Source: Flavobacteriales bacterium
Lineage (GTDB): Bacteria; Bacteroidota; Bacteroidia; Flavobacteriales_F; PHOS-HE28
Direction: 5' to 3'
Assembly: GCA_044226515.1 (NCBI GenBank)
Contig: JBGAGX010000003.1
Span: 136,721-200,720, forward strand
DNA: 64,000 nt
A program made the position numbers and the translations under genes. The notes under the pieces were generated by a model. It was not told where the DNA came from and did no database searches. It saw nothing but the letters and a program-made list of their open reading frames with translations. Below are positions 1 through 9,607 of the stretch, piece by piece (positions within the stretch are counted from its first letter, which is position 1; each line of letters opens with the position of its first letter).

Positions 1-54
1 GGCCTCCTGCGTCGCCCGACACCCGCTTCTCCTCCCGTTACAGCCCTGCGCGGC

Positions 55-471
55 ATGCGTACCAAGACCACGATCCAGGTCCGATTCAACGACATCGACA
101 TGGCGCACCATGTGCACAACTCGGTGTACCTGTCCTACTTCGAGCTCGCGCGGATGGACTTCCTGCGGCAGTTCATCGAGAAGGAGCACGACTGGCGGAA
201 ACACGGCCTGATCCTGGCCCGCAACGAGGTGGACTACCGGCAACCGGTGCACCTGAGCGACCCTGTGGAGGTGGAGACCTGGTGCAGCAACGTGGGCAAC
301 AAGAGCTTCGACCTGAGCTACGCGCTCTTCGTGAAGAAGGCCGACGGTCGCAAGCTCTGCACCCAGGGCCGCAGCGTGATGGTGTGCTTCGATTACGAGG
401 CCGGCGGCAGCATCGCCGTGCCCGATGCCTGGCGGCGGGCCCTGGCCCGCCTCATGGAGAACGACGCCTGA
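55..471 (+). CDS. Acyl-CoA thioesterase (YbgC/4HBT hotdog family)
   Basis: N-terminal VRFNDIDMAHHVHNSVYLSYFELAR matches the 4HBT-family D-x-D...HV-N motif; 138 aa. Confidence 0.85.
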   Translation: MRTKTTIQVRFNDIDMAHHVHNSVYLSYFELARMDFLRQFIEKEHDWRKHGLILARNEVDYRQPVHLSDPVEVETWCSNVGNKSFDLSYALFVKKADGRKLCTQGRSVMVCFDYEAGGSIAVPDAWRRALARLMENDA

Positions 472-476
472 CCACC

Positions 477-1376
477 ATGCGGGCCATCACCCTCACCCCT
501 TCCAACGAGCACCTCGCCGAGAGCGAGCTCGTGATCAATCCGGATGGATCGGTGTACCACCTGGCCATCAGGCCGGAGCACCTGGCCGGGACCGTGCTCC
601 TGGTGGGCGACCCCGGGCGCGTGGACCAGGTCAGCGCCCACTTCGACACGGTCGAGCACCGGTCCCGGAACCGGGAGTTCATCGTGCACACCGGTACCTG
701 GAACGGGCACCGCATCACCGTGCTCTCCACGGGGATCGGCACCGACAACATCGACATCGTGCTGAGCGAGCTGGACGCCCTGGTGAACATCGACCTGGCC
801 CAACGCCGGCCCAAGGAACAGCACACCGCCCTCCGTCTGGTTCGGCTGGGCACCTGCGGTGCCCTGCAGCCCGATATCCCGGTGAACGAGCTGGTGGTCT
901 CGGCCTACGGCGTAGGCCTCGACAACGTGCTGCACTATTACGCCAACGAGCAGGACGACGCCGAACTGCGCCTTTTGCAGGAACTGCTCGCGCAAACGGA
1001 ATGGCCGGACATCCTGCCCGTTCCTTACGTCGGCACCGGCGACAAGGGGCTGGTGGAGCTGCTCGGCAACGGGCAGCACGTGGGCATCACGGTCACGGCC
1101 GGTGGATTCTATGGCCCGCAAGGCCGGCAGCTCCGGGCGGTGCCCAGCGTGGGCGGGCTTAACGAGCGGTTCAGCGCCTTCCGGCACGGCGACCTCCGGA
1201 TCACCAACTACGAGATGGAGACCAGCGCGCTTTACGGCCTCGCGGGGCTCCTGGGCCATCGACCTTGCACGGTGTGCGCGGTGGTGGCCAACCGCTCGCG
1301 CAACGAGTACAGCGAGGACCACCACGCCACGGTGGAGCGCATGATCGCGATGGTGCTGGAGCGCCTGCTGGCCTGA
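477..1376 (+). CDS. Nucleoside (uridine/purine) phosphorylase family protein
   Basis: INPDGSVYHL, LVGDPGRV, STGIGTDN, RLGTCG and NYEMETS motifs; start moved to ATG 477, just after the upstream stop. Confidence 0.88.
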   Translation: MRAITLTPSNEHLAESELVINPDGSVYHLAIRPEHLAGTVLLVGDPGRVDQVSAHFDTVEHRSRNREFIVHTGTWNGHRITVLSTGIGTDNIDIVLSELDALVNIDLAQRRPKEQHTALRLVRLGTCGALQPDIPVNELVVSAYGVGLDNVLHYYANEQDDAELRLLQELLAQTEWPDILPVPYVGTGDKGLVELLGNGQHVGITVTAGGFYGPQGRQLRAVPSVGGLNERFSAFRHGDLRITNYEMETSALYGLAGLLGHRPCTVCAVVANRSRNEYSEDHHATVERMIAMVLERLLA

Positions 1377-1487
1377 GCCGTTCCGCCACCATCAACAGCG
1401 GGCTGGTGGAAAGAACGCGCCACCCCGGCGTGCGCCGAACGGGTGCGCTTCGACCTTAGCCATGCGCCCCCAGCCTGCGCCCCGGTG

Positions 1488-2360
1488 ATGAGCGAGAACG
1501 AGATCCGTGCCCTGATCAACCTGATCGACGATCCCGATGAAGGCATCTACCAGCAGGTGCGCGAACGGCTGATCGCCATCGGCGTACCGGTGGTGCCCGT
1601 ACTGGAACGCGCCTGGGAGACCGACGAGCTCGGCGATCTTTACCGCAACCGCATCGAGGACCTGCTCCACACCATCCATGTGGAGGACGTGCACACCCGG
1701 CTGAAGGCCTGGCATGCCGGCGGCGGCGAGGACCTGTTGGAGGGCGCCCTGCTGGTGTGCCGCTACCGCTATCCCGACCTGGACGAGCATCGTTTCCGCT
1801 CCAGGCTCTCCTCCATCCGGCAGGACATCTGGCTGGAGCTGAACGACAGCCTCACGGCCTTCGAGAAGGTGCGGGTGTTCAACCACATCTTCTTCCAGGT
1901 GCATGGGTTCAGGGGGAACAAGAAGAACTACCACGCCCCGCAGAACTCGTACATCAACGAGGTGATGGATTCGCGCACGGGCAATCCGCTGTCGCTCTCC
2001 ATCCTCTACCAGGTGCTGGCCGAGGAGCTGGGCCTGCCGCTCCGCGGGGTGAACCTGCCGAACCACTTCGTGCTCGCCTACCTCGATGAGGACAGCCTGG
2101 GGGCCGCTGAGGGCAGGCAGAACGTGCTTTTCTATGTGAACGCCTTCAGCCAGGGTGACATCCTGGGGCGGAACGAGATCGATGACTTCCTGCGGAAGCT
2201 CGACATCGATGCCCGCGAATCGTTCTACCAGCCCTGCTCCAACATCGACATTGTGCGTCGCCAGTTGAACAATCTGGTGCACAGCTACGAACGTTCCGGC
2301 GATCCGGAACGCGCTTCGGAGCTCAAGCGGCTCCGCGGTCTCCTGGGCGATCCGGAATAG
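1488..2360 (+). CDS. Transglutaminase-like/SirB1 family protein
   Basis: GF.GNKKNYHAPQNSYINEVM..RTGNPLSLSILY and GVNLPNHF motifs typical of SirB1/Transglut_core2. Confidence 0.8.
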   Translation: MSENEIRALINLIDDPDEGIYQQVRERLIAIGVPVVPVLERAWETDELGDLYRNRIEDLLHTIHVEDVHTRLKAWHAGGGEDLLEGALLVCRYRYPDLDEHRFRSRLSSIRQDIWLELNDSLTAFEKVRVFNHIFFQVHGFRGNKKNYHAPQNSYINEVMDSRTGNPLSLSILYQVLAEELGLPLRGVNLPNHFVLAYLDEDSLGAAEGRQNVLFYVNAFSQGDILGRNEIDDFLRKLDIDARESFYQPCSNIDIVRRQLNNLVHSYERSGDPERASELKRLRGLLGDPE

Positions 2361-2460
2361 GCACTGGTCGGTTCCAAGCCGGTCCTGGTCACCGGGTGTG
2401 GTGCGGATCGTTGGAGCCGATAACTTTAGGACCCGCTCCAAACCATACAACCCTAACACG

Positions 2461-4173
2461 ATGAAAAAACTATACGCTACGCTGACGGCCATCCTGGCCA
2501 TGGCCACCGTGCAGGCCCAGGTGGTCTTCTCCGTGGAGGCGCCGTCGGCACTGCAAGGCAACTACGCTTTCACCTATCCCGCCCAAGGATCGGGCTGGGG
2601 CTGCCCGGACCTGTTGATCCCGGCCAATGCCGTGCTGGACACGGCGGTCTTCGCCTTCGATGACACCGCCGCCGATTCCCTGGCCTGCGACACGGTGGTG
2701 AACGTGGCCCAGGTGACCGGAAAGATCGCGGTCGTGTACCGTGGCTCCTGCAACTTCAGCCTGAAAGCGCTGATGTGCCAGAACGCCGGTGCCGTGGCCG
2801 TGGTGATCATCAACAACATCCCCGGCCCGCCCGTGGGCATGGGCGCCGGCACCTATGGCGCCGATGTCACCATCCCCGTGGCCATGATCTCCGATGCGGA
2901 CGGTGCGCTCCTGCGACCCGAGATCGAGGCTGGGAACGTGGTGATCTTCCTGGGCAACAAGCAGGGCCTGTACGACGAGGACCTCGGTTTCTACAAGCCG
3001 GACATCCAGATGGCGAAGTCCACCGGCCGCCCGAAGTTGGTGAGCAACGATGGCACCGAGTTCTCGGTACGTCCGGCCTGCTGGGTGCATAACTACGGGA
3101 ACAATGACCAGACCGGTGTGAGCGTGACCGCCACGATCTCGCAGAACGGCACCGCCCTGTACACCGAGACGGCCACGGCCGTGGACATCATCTCCGGTGA
3201 CAGCTCCTTCTTCACCATGCCGGAGTTCACACCGGGCAGCTGGGACGGTTACTACACCTTGGACTACCAGATCAACATGGGTGCGACCGATGAGTATCCG
3301 GGGGACAACGCCTTCTCCTCGGCGTTCGTGGTCGATTCCGTGCTCGCGTACGGTGTGGTCGATGAAGTGACCGGGCTGCCGACGCCGGGACCCCACTACC
3401 GTCCGAGCACCTCCACCACCAGCTTCACCAGCTGCCTGAGCTTCATGGACGCCAACGCCAGCCGCATGGCCGCCATGGGCCTTTACACCTCCGCGGTGGC
3501 CGCCACCGGCGGAACCCTCGAAGGGGAGTACCTGGAGACCACTGCCTACCAGTGGGACGACGTCTTCACCGGGATCAGCGATGCCAACTTCGGCTTCAAC
3601 AGCCTTACCCCGGTGGGCAGCGGCGAGTACACCTACAATGCCGACCTCCCCAACGAGCGCATCTACATCCCCTTCTTCGACCCGGTGATGCTGCAGGACA
3701 ACACGCGCTACCTGTTCTGTGTGACCACGTACAGCACCACGGTGTACCTGGGTTATGACGACACGTACGACTACGACGAGAACATCACCTACGACGACCA
3801 GCCGGTGAGCCCGATCAGCAACGACGGCACCTGGTACGGCCTCGGCTTCGGCACGGACGTGACCTCCGCCGTGGGCGTGCTGATGGGCAACTTCGACGTG
3901 AGCGTGAACGAGACGGCCGCCATGCAGACCGTGAACGCCTACCCGAACCCCGCAACCGACCGCGTGTGGCTTGACGTGGCCGGCATGAGCGGCACCGGCA
4001 CGCTGATCGTGCGCGACGCGATGGGTCGCGAGGTGAGCGCCCAGCGCCTGCAACTGGGTACCGACCGCAAGGTGGACATGAGCGTGGGCGACCTGTCCAA
4101 CGGCGCCTACCTCTTCGAACTGCGCGATGCCGCCGGCAAGGTGCGCAGCTTCCGCGTGGTGGTGGCCCGCTGA
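2461..4173 (+). CDS. Secreted PA-domain protein with T9SS type A C-terminal sorting domain
   Basis: Signal peptide MKKLYATL...AQAQ; PA domain GKIAVVYRGSCNFSLKALMCQNAGAVAVVIINN; C-terminal AYPNPATD...LSNGAYLFEL. Confidence 0.8.
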   Translation: MKKLYATLTAILAMATVQAQVVFSVEAPSALQGNYAFTYPAQGSGWGCPDLLIPANAVLDTAVFAFDDTAADSLACDTVVNVAQVTGKIAVVYRGSCNFSLKALMCQNAGAVAVVIINNIPGPPVGMGAGTYGADVTIPVAMISDADGALLRPEIEAGNVVIFLGNKQGLYDEDLGFYKPDIQMAKSTGRPKLVSNDGTEFSVRPACWVHNYGNNDQTGVSVTATISQNGTALYTETATAVDIISGDSSFFTMPEFTPGSWDGYYTLDYQINMGATDEYPGDNAFSSAFVVDSVLAYGVVDEVTGLPTPGPHYRPSTSTTSFTSCLSFMDANASRMAAMGLYTSAVAATGGTLEGEYLETTAYQWDDVFTGISDANFGFNSLTPVGSGEYTYNADLPNERIYIPFFDPVMLQDNTRYLFCVTTYSTTVYLGYDDTYDYDENITYDDQPVSPISNDGTWYGLGFGTDVTSAVGVLMGNFDVSVNETAAMQTVNAYPNPATDRVWLDVAGMSGTGTLIVRDAMGREVSAQRLQLGTDRKVDMSVGDLSNGAYLFELRDAAGKVRSFRVVVAR

Positions 4174-4192
4174 ACGGACCCCCGAACGAATG

Positions 4193-4226
4193 ACGAAGGC
4201 CCTCCGCACCTGCGGGGGGCCTTCGT
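4193..4226. terminator. Hairpin between convergent genes (bidirectional terminator candidate)
   Basis: ACGAAGGCCCTCCGCA-CC-TGCGGGGGGCCTTCGT, a 16-bp stem with one G-U pair. Confidence 0.7.
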
Positions 4227-4229
4227 GCT

Positions 4230-4826
4230 TCAGCGCCGGAAGATGAGCTGGATGGTGGAGGCGATGATCCGCAGGTCGAGCCAGAAGCTGCGCTCCCGCA
4301 CGTACCGCAGGTCGAGCGCGATCTTCGCCGGCATCACCTCCTCGATGTAGGTGCGCTCCGGATCGGTGGAACGCGCGAGCAGCTCGTTCTCGTCCACGTA
4401 GTCCATGCTGGCCATGCCCGTGATGCCGGGGCGAACGCTCAGGACCTGGCGCTGCTCGGGCGTGTACAGCGCCACGTAGCGCGGCACCTCCGGGCGGGGG
4501 CCTACGATGCTCATGTCGCCCACGAGCACGTTCACCAGCTGCGGCAGTTCATCAAGCTTGGTCTTCCGCAGGAAATAGCCCACCGAGGTGATCCGTGGAT
4601 CCCGGCCGCCGATGGTGAGCTGACCCTTGGCCTCGCTATCGGGGCGCATGCTCCGGAACTTCAGCAGCCTGAACGCACGTCCGTTCCGCCCCACCCGCAC
4701 CTGCCGGAAGAAGGCCCCACCCGGCGAAGTGAGCGCCACGGCCAGGGCGAAGACCAGCAGGACGGGCAGCAGCACCGCCAGGGCCACCAGGGCGAACACC
4801 AGGTCGAAGGCGCGCTTGATCAGCAT
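4230..4826 (-). CDS. Bacterial sugar transferase (polyprenyl-phosphate glycosylphosphotransferase)
   Basis: KRAFDL, FRLLKFRSM, LRKTKLDELPQLVNVLVGDMSIVGPRPE motifs. Confidence 0.92.
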   Translation of the reverse strand: MLIKRAFDLVFALVALAVLLPVLLVFALAVALTSPGGAFFRQVRVGRNGRAFRLLKFRSMRPDSEAKGQLTIGGRDPRITSVGYFLRKTKLDELPQLVNVLVGDMSIVGPRPEVPRYVALYTPEQRQVLSVRPGITGMASMDYVDENELLARSTDPERTYIEEVMPAKIALDLRYVRERSFWLDLRIIASTIQLIFRR

Positions 4827-4829
4827 GGT

Positions 4830-6035
4830 TCAGCCGAGCACCTCGGCGACGGCCTCGTTGACGGCTCGCACCACCGTGTCGACCTGCGCGTCGGTGAGGT
4901 CGTAGTACACCGGCAGGCTGATCTCGCGGCTGTAGTGCCGGTAGGCGTTCGGAAAGTCGGCGATGCGGTAGCCCAGTTCGCGGTACACGGTGAGCATGGG
5001 CATGGGGATGAAATGCACGTTCACGCTCACCTCGCGGCGGGCGATCGCGGCGATGACGGCATCGCGCTGCGCCTCGGAGGCCTCGTTGAGGCGGAGCATG
5101 TACAGGTGGTATGAACCTTCACGTTCCGCATCGGCGAAGAGCGGCACCTGGTACCGGCGATCGTTCCCGAACGCCGCGTTGTAGCGCTCGCAGATCGCCT
5201 TGCGCCGCGGCAGGGTCTCGCTGTCGTACCGATCGAGCTCCACCAGGCCGATGGCCGCCTGCAGATCGGTCATGTTGCACTTCCATCCGGCCATGGTCAC
5301 ATCGTAACGCCAGGCGCCGGCCTGCATCTTGCTCAGGGCGTCCTTGCTCTGCCCGTGCAGGCTCATCACGTTGAAGTGCCGGTAGAGCGCCGCGTTGTCG
5401 AAGGGGGCGGGCAGGTTAAGCGCCAGCGCACCGCCTTCGGCGGTGGTCAGGTTCTTCACCGCGTGAAAGCTGAAGCCGGTGATGTCGGCGATGGCCCCCA
5501 CCCTTCGGCCGCCGATACGGGCCCCGAAGGAATGGGCCGCATCGCTCAGCACCAGCATCCGGCCGAGCTGCTGCTGCACGTCGCCCTCGGGATGGAAGTG
5601 CGCACGCATCTCATGGGCGAGCTGCATGGCCCCGGGCTGGTCCGCCGGCAACCCTCCGATGTCCACCGGCATGATGCACTTGGTGGCCGGGGTCACCAGC
5701 TTCCGGGCGGCCTCGAGGTCCATGGTGAGGTCGTCCTTCACGTCCACCATCACGGGCCTCGCGCCCACGTGGAGCACGATGTTGGCCGTGGCGCAGTAGG
5801 TGTAGGCGGGCACCAGCACCTCGTCGCCAGGCCCGATGCCGAACCAGCGCAGCACCAGCTCGCAGGCATTGGTCCACGCGTTCAGCGCGATCACCTGCTC
5901 CACACCGCAGTACGCGGCGAGGCGCTTCTCGAACTCCTTGGTGCGGGGCCCGGTGGTGATCCAGCCTGAACGAAGCGCGGCGGTGACCTCGGCGATCGTG
6001 CGCTCGTCGATGCGGGGCGGGCTGAAGGGGATCAT
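4830..6035 (-). CDS. DegT/DnrJ/EryC1/StrS PLP aminotransferase
   Basis: MIPFSPPRI, SGWITTGP, SDAAHSFGA, FSFHAVKNLTTAEGG (PLP lysine). Confidence 0.92.
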   Translation of the reverse strand: MIPFSPPRIDERTIAEVTAALRSGWITTGPRTKEFEKRLAAYCGVEQVIALNAWTNACELVLRWFGIGPGDEVLVPAYTYCATANIVLHVGARPVMVDVKDDLTMDLEAARKLVTPATKCIMPVDIGGLPADQPGAMQLAHEMRAHFHPEGDVQQQLGRMLVLSDAAHSFGARIGGRRVGAIADITGFSFHAVKNLTTAEGGALALNLPAPFDNAALYRHFNVMSLHGQSKDALSKMQAGAWRYDVTMAGWKCNMTDLQAAIGLVELDRYDSETLPRRKAICERYNAAFGNDRRYQVPLFADAEREGSYHLYMLRLNEASEAQRDAVIAAIARREVSVNVHFIPMPMLTVYRELGYRIADFPNAYRHYSREISLPVYYDLTDAQVDTVVRAVNEAVAEVLG

Positions 6036-6046
6036 GGGCGGCGAAA

Positions 6047-9000
6047 TTAGCCCCGCCCCGCCCGCCGCTGGAGCACCTGCTGCAGGTCGCTCCACAGGGC
6101 ACGGCTGATCACTGCGCGATCGAAGTGCTCCCGGACGTACCGCGCGCCGTTCTCACCGTGCCGCGCGCGCAATGCGGGGTCGGCGATGTACCGCCGCACG
6201 GCCAAGGCCAGCGCACTGGGGTCCTCGGGCTCGAAGTACAGCCCGCAATCACCCTCCCGGATGAAGAGGTCGCGCGCCTCGCCGTCCACACCCAGCAGCA
6301 GTGGCCTTCCAAGGGCGAGGGCCTCGAAGATCTTGCTGGGGATGGCCCCCTTGAAGAGGTCGTTGCGGCGCAGGGGTACCACCACGGCGTCGCTCTCCTG
6401 CACCAGGCCCAGCACGCGGGCACGGGGCATGCGTTCCAGAAAGCGGACGTTGCGCAGCCCCTTGTCGTTCACCATGGCCTGCAGCCCGGCCTTCACCGGT
6501 CCTTCGCCCACGAGCAGGAAGAGGACGTTGGTATCGACCAGTTGCTCCGCGGCCTGTGCGATCGTCCCAAGCCCCTGCGCGTGGCCGATGATGCCTGCAT
6601 AGGTGCACACCACCGCCTCCCGGGGGATGCCCAGCGCTTCGCGCATGCCCGGCGTGGCGGGTACCTTGGCGATCGCCGGCAGGTCGACACCGTTGGGGAC
6701 CCAGCGCACCTGCTTGCCGGGCATCCGCCGCGCGATGTCGTTCACGATGCCCTTCGTCTGCCCGGTGATGAGGGCGCTGCGACGGTAGCAGCTCTCCTCC
6801 AACACGGTGCTGGCCGCGATCAAGGCGCGGTTCCGCACAAGACCCAGCTGCACCGCACTTTCCGGCCACAGGTCGCTCACGTTGAAGATGAGCGCGGCGC
6901 CTTTCGCCCGTGCCAGTCCCATGGCCGTGATACCGAGGAAAAGCGGCGGGGACTCCACCAGCAGCAGGTCCGACCGGCGTAGCTCGCACAGCCCCACCCA
7001 CAAGGCCGAGAACACGAAGGAGAAGTAGTTGGAGAGCCGGGCCAGCAATCCCTTGCCCGTGCTCGCGTGCAGCCAGGCACGACGCACCTCAAGCCCGTCC
7101 ATCCGCTCGCAACGGTACACGGCACCCCGGTAGCCCTCATGCACCACCATCTCGGGGTAGTTGGGCATTCCGGTGAGCACGGTCACCTCCACCCCTTGGG
7201 CGGCCAGGGCTGTGGCGATGGCGTGCAGGCGGTTCTGCGGCGCACCGGTCTCGGGCGGGAAATACTGCGTGAGCAGCACCAGGCGGGGTGCGACGTTCGC
7301 ATCCCGTGGGCCACGCAAGGCGAGCAGCAGCCCCACCACGGCAAGGAACACCACGCCGGCCTGCACCTCCAGCATCGACTCAACGCTCCAGTTGAGGAGC
7401 AGCAAGGCGATGAAGAGGGCACCCACCGTGTCCCGTTCCCGCAGCGAGACGAGCATGGGCAGGAGCAGCAGCATGGCGATCAACACGCCGCCCAGCACGC
7501 CGAGCGTGAGCGGTGTCTGCAGCAACTGGCTGTGCGCGTTCAGGCGGCGGGCCAGCGGTTCCTCATACCCTTTGGCGGCGTAGCGATCCACCAGTTCGTT
7601 CTTCACGTCCCCGGTACCCGTGCCCAGCAGCCAGTGCTCCCGCAACAGTTCGCCGGCCGCCTGCCAGGTGAGCTGCCGCACCTCGCTGCTGCCGGTGGCG
7701 TTGGGTGCCGGCGGCCCGTTGCGTTGAACCGCGATGAGCTGATCGACCTTCTCGCGCATGAAGGGCGAGACCTGTACGGACATCGCGAAGACGGAGATCC
7801 CGACAAGGCCGGCCAGCAGCATGACCCTGCGCTGCGGCGTACGCCAGCGCACCACCAGCAGCACGAGGTAGAGGAGCACGAGGGCGCCCCACCCTGCCTT
7901 GGAACCGCTGAAGAGGATGCCCACCACGAGCAGGAAGGGTGTGGCGAGGCGGTAACCGCGATCACCCGGACGGTGCTCGCGCAGCAGCACCACCGCGAGG
8001 GCCAGGCACAGGTGCATCGCGTAATAGCTCGGGTGCATGAACAAGCTGAACCGCGATGCGATCCAATGGCCCGACCAGAAACCAGGGCCGCCCGGCAGCA
8101 CGTCGGCGACCGTGCGCACACCCGCCACCACAAGGCAGACCACCGTCGCCAGCACCGCACCACCCACGAAGGCGCTCAGCAGGGTGCGCCCGCCCACGCG
8201 TGAGCGATCGGGCACCACCCACAGGACCAGTGGCACCAGCCCCATGGAAGCCTTGATGCCCAGGTCGAACCAGGCGTAGCCCATGTCCGTGCTCCAGAGC
8301 AGTCCCAGCAGGTAGAGCGCATAGAGCGCGAGGGACCAAAGCAGCACGCTGCCAGGCGCGGGAGAGCTCCGGGGGCCTTTCGCCGGGGCGTGGTGAACGA
8401 CCAAGGCGATACCCGCGGCCACGAGCAAGGCAGGCACCGCGGCGGTCCATAGCGACATGCCAAGCGCCAGCAGTGCCAGGAGGGTGCCGGCCCAAGGCCC
8501 ATGTGCCGCGAACAGGCTGCGCCCCGGCTGCGTCCCTTCCTCCTCCGCGGCCCCGCGGGTGAGCGCTCGGCTCCGTTCGCCCGGCCGGCCACGCAGCATC
8601 ACCAAGTGGACCACACCCTTGAGGTAACCGATGCCGTAGGCCACATGCAACGTGAGAAAGGCCACGAACACCCCCCCCACATCACGCGGCCGCGCCGCCG
8701 CCATCATGGACGAGATGAGCGCCACCACCAGGTACAGGCCGAAGCCGGCGAGCCAGGCGAGGCGCAGCGCCGGTCGTGCAAGAGCGAGCGGGGCTGCGAT
8801 CAGGAACAAGGTCCACAGAGCGGGCACCACCTGCCTCCACGTGGTCACCACCCGGTGCTTGCGGTTCACGTACACCTTCCAGTAGCCGTACTGGTCGTAC
8901 TGCCTGAAGAGCCGGGAAAGGCTGGAGCGCACGTAGTACTGGGAACGGATGGTCGGATCGAGCACGATGCGCAGGCCGGCGCGGGTCACCCGGTAGTTGA

Positions 9001-9607
9001 ACTCATCGTCCTGGTTGCGCACCAGCTCCTCATCGAAATACCCCACCGCGTCGAAGACCTCCTTCCGGTAGGCTCCGAACGCGACGGTGTCCACAGGACC
9101 CGCCTTTCGTCCGGTGCGGAAATGGGCGTTGCCCACGCCGAAGGGATGGCCCATGGCCGCGCCGATCCGCCGGGCCATCGCATTGTCGTAGACGTTCTCG
9201 ATGATGCCTCCGGCACAGCCCGCGGTACGGTCGGCGGCAAGCACCTCCACATTGCGGCGCACCATGTCGGGGGCCACGGTGGAATGTGCACCAAGGATGA
9301 TGGCCACGTCGTAGCCTCCCATCCGCAGGCCGATGTTCAAGGCGTGCGGCGTGGTGCGGTGCGGGTTGTCGACGAGGGCGATCCACGGGTGCTTCGCCGA
9401 GAAGGACGCCACCACGTCGCGTGTGCCATCGTCGCTCATGCCATCGCACACGCGCACGGCGATGCGCTCCTTGGGCATGTCGGAATCGACAAGGCTCTCC
9501 AGGCAACGACCGATGTGGTCGCGTTCATTGCGGCAGGGAATGACGACCACCACGCGCGGCTCGGCGGGAAGGGGAGGCAGTTCGCGCAGCGCAGCCGTAC
9601 GGTTCAT
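6047..9607 (-). CDS. Fused GT2 glycosyltransferase / O-antigen ligase-like membrane domain / GT4 glycosyltransferase
   Basis: One uninterrupted frame. GT2: VVIPCRNE, DGMSDDGT, RNQDDE. Wzy_C-like: WLLGTGTGD, NAHSQLLQ. GT4: LLTQYFPPETGAPQNR, IPSKIFEA. ATG 9607 overlaps the upstream TGA (ATGA). Confidence 0.8.
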   Translation of the reverse strand: MNRTAALRELPPLPAEPRVVVVIPCRNERDHIGRCLESLVDSDMPKERIAVRVCDGMSDDGTRDVVASFSAKHPWIALVDNPHRTTPHALNIGLRMGGYDVAIILGAHSTVAPDMVRRNVEVLAADRTAGCAGGIIENVYDNAMARRIGAAMGHPFGVGNAHFRTGRKAGPVDTVAFGAYRKEVFDAVGYFDEELVRNQDDEFNYRVTRAGLRIVLDPTIRSQYYVRSSLSRLFRQYDQYGYWKVYVNRKHRVVTTWRQVVPALWTLFLIAAPLALARPALRLAWLAGFGLYLVVALISSMMAAARPRDVGGVFVAFLTLHVAYGIGYLKGVVHLVMLRGRPGERSRALTRGAAEEEGTQPGRSLFAAHGPWAGTLLALLALGMSLWTAAVPALLVAAGIALVVHHAPAKGPRSSPAPGSVLLWSLALYALYLLGLLWSTDMGYAWFDLGIKASMGLVPLVLWVVPDRSRVGGRTLLSAFVGGAVLATVVCLVVAGVRTVADVLPGGPGFWSGHWIASRFSLFMHPSYYAMHLCLALAVVLLREHRPGDRGYRLATPFLLVVGILFSGSKAGWGALVLLYLVLLVVRWRTPQRRVMLLAGLVGISVFAMSVQVSPFMREKVDQLIAVQRNGPPAPNATGSSEVRQLTWQAAGELLREHWLLGTGTGDVKNELVDRYAAKGYEEPLARRLNAHSQLLQTPLTLGVLGGVLIAMLLLLPMLVSLRERDTVGALFIALLLLNWSVESMLEVQAGVVFLAVVGLLLALRGPRDANVAPRLVLLTQYFPPETGAPQNRLHAIATALAAQGVEVTVLTGMPNYPEMVVHEGYRGAVYRCERMDGLEVRRAWLHASTGKGLLARLSNYFSFVFSALWVGLCELRRSDLLLVESPPLFLGITAMGLARAKGAALIFNVSDLWPESAVQLGLVRNRALIAASTVLEESCYRRSALITGQTKGIVNDIARRMPGKQVRWVPNGVDLPAIAKVPATPGMREALGIPREAVVCTYAGIIGHAQGLGTIAQAAEQLVDTNVLFLLVGEGPVKAGLQAMVNDKGLRNVRFLERMPRARVLGLVQESDAVVVPLRRNDLFKGAIPSKIFEALALGRPLLLGVDGEARDLFIREGDCGLYFEPEDPSALALAVRRYIADPALRARHGENGARYVREHFDRAVISRALWSDLQQVLQRRAGRG

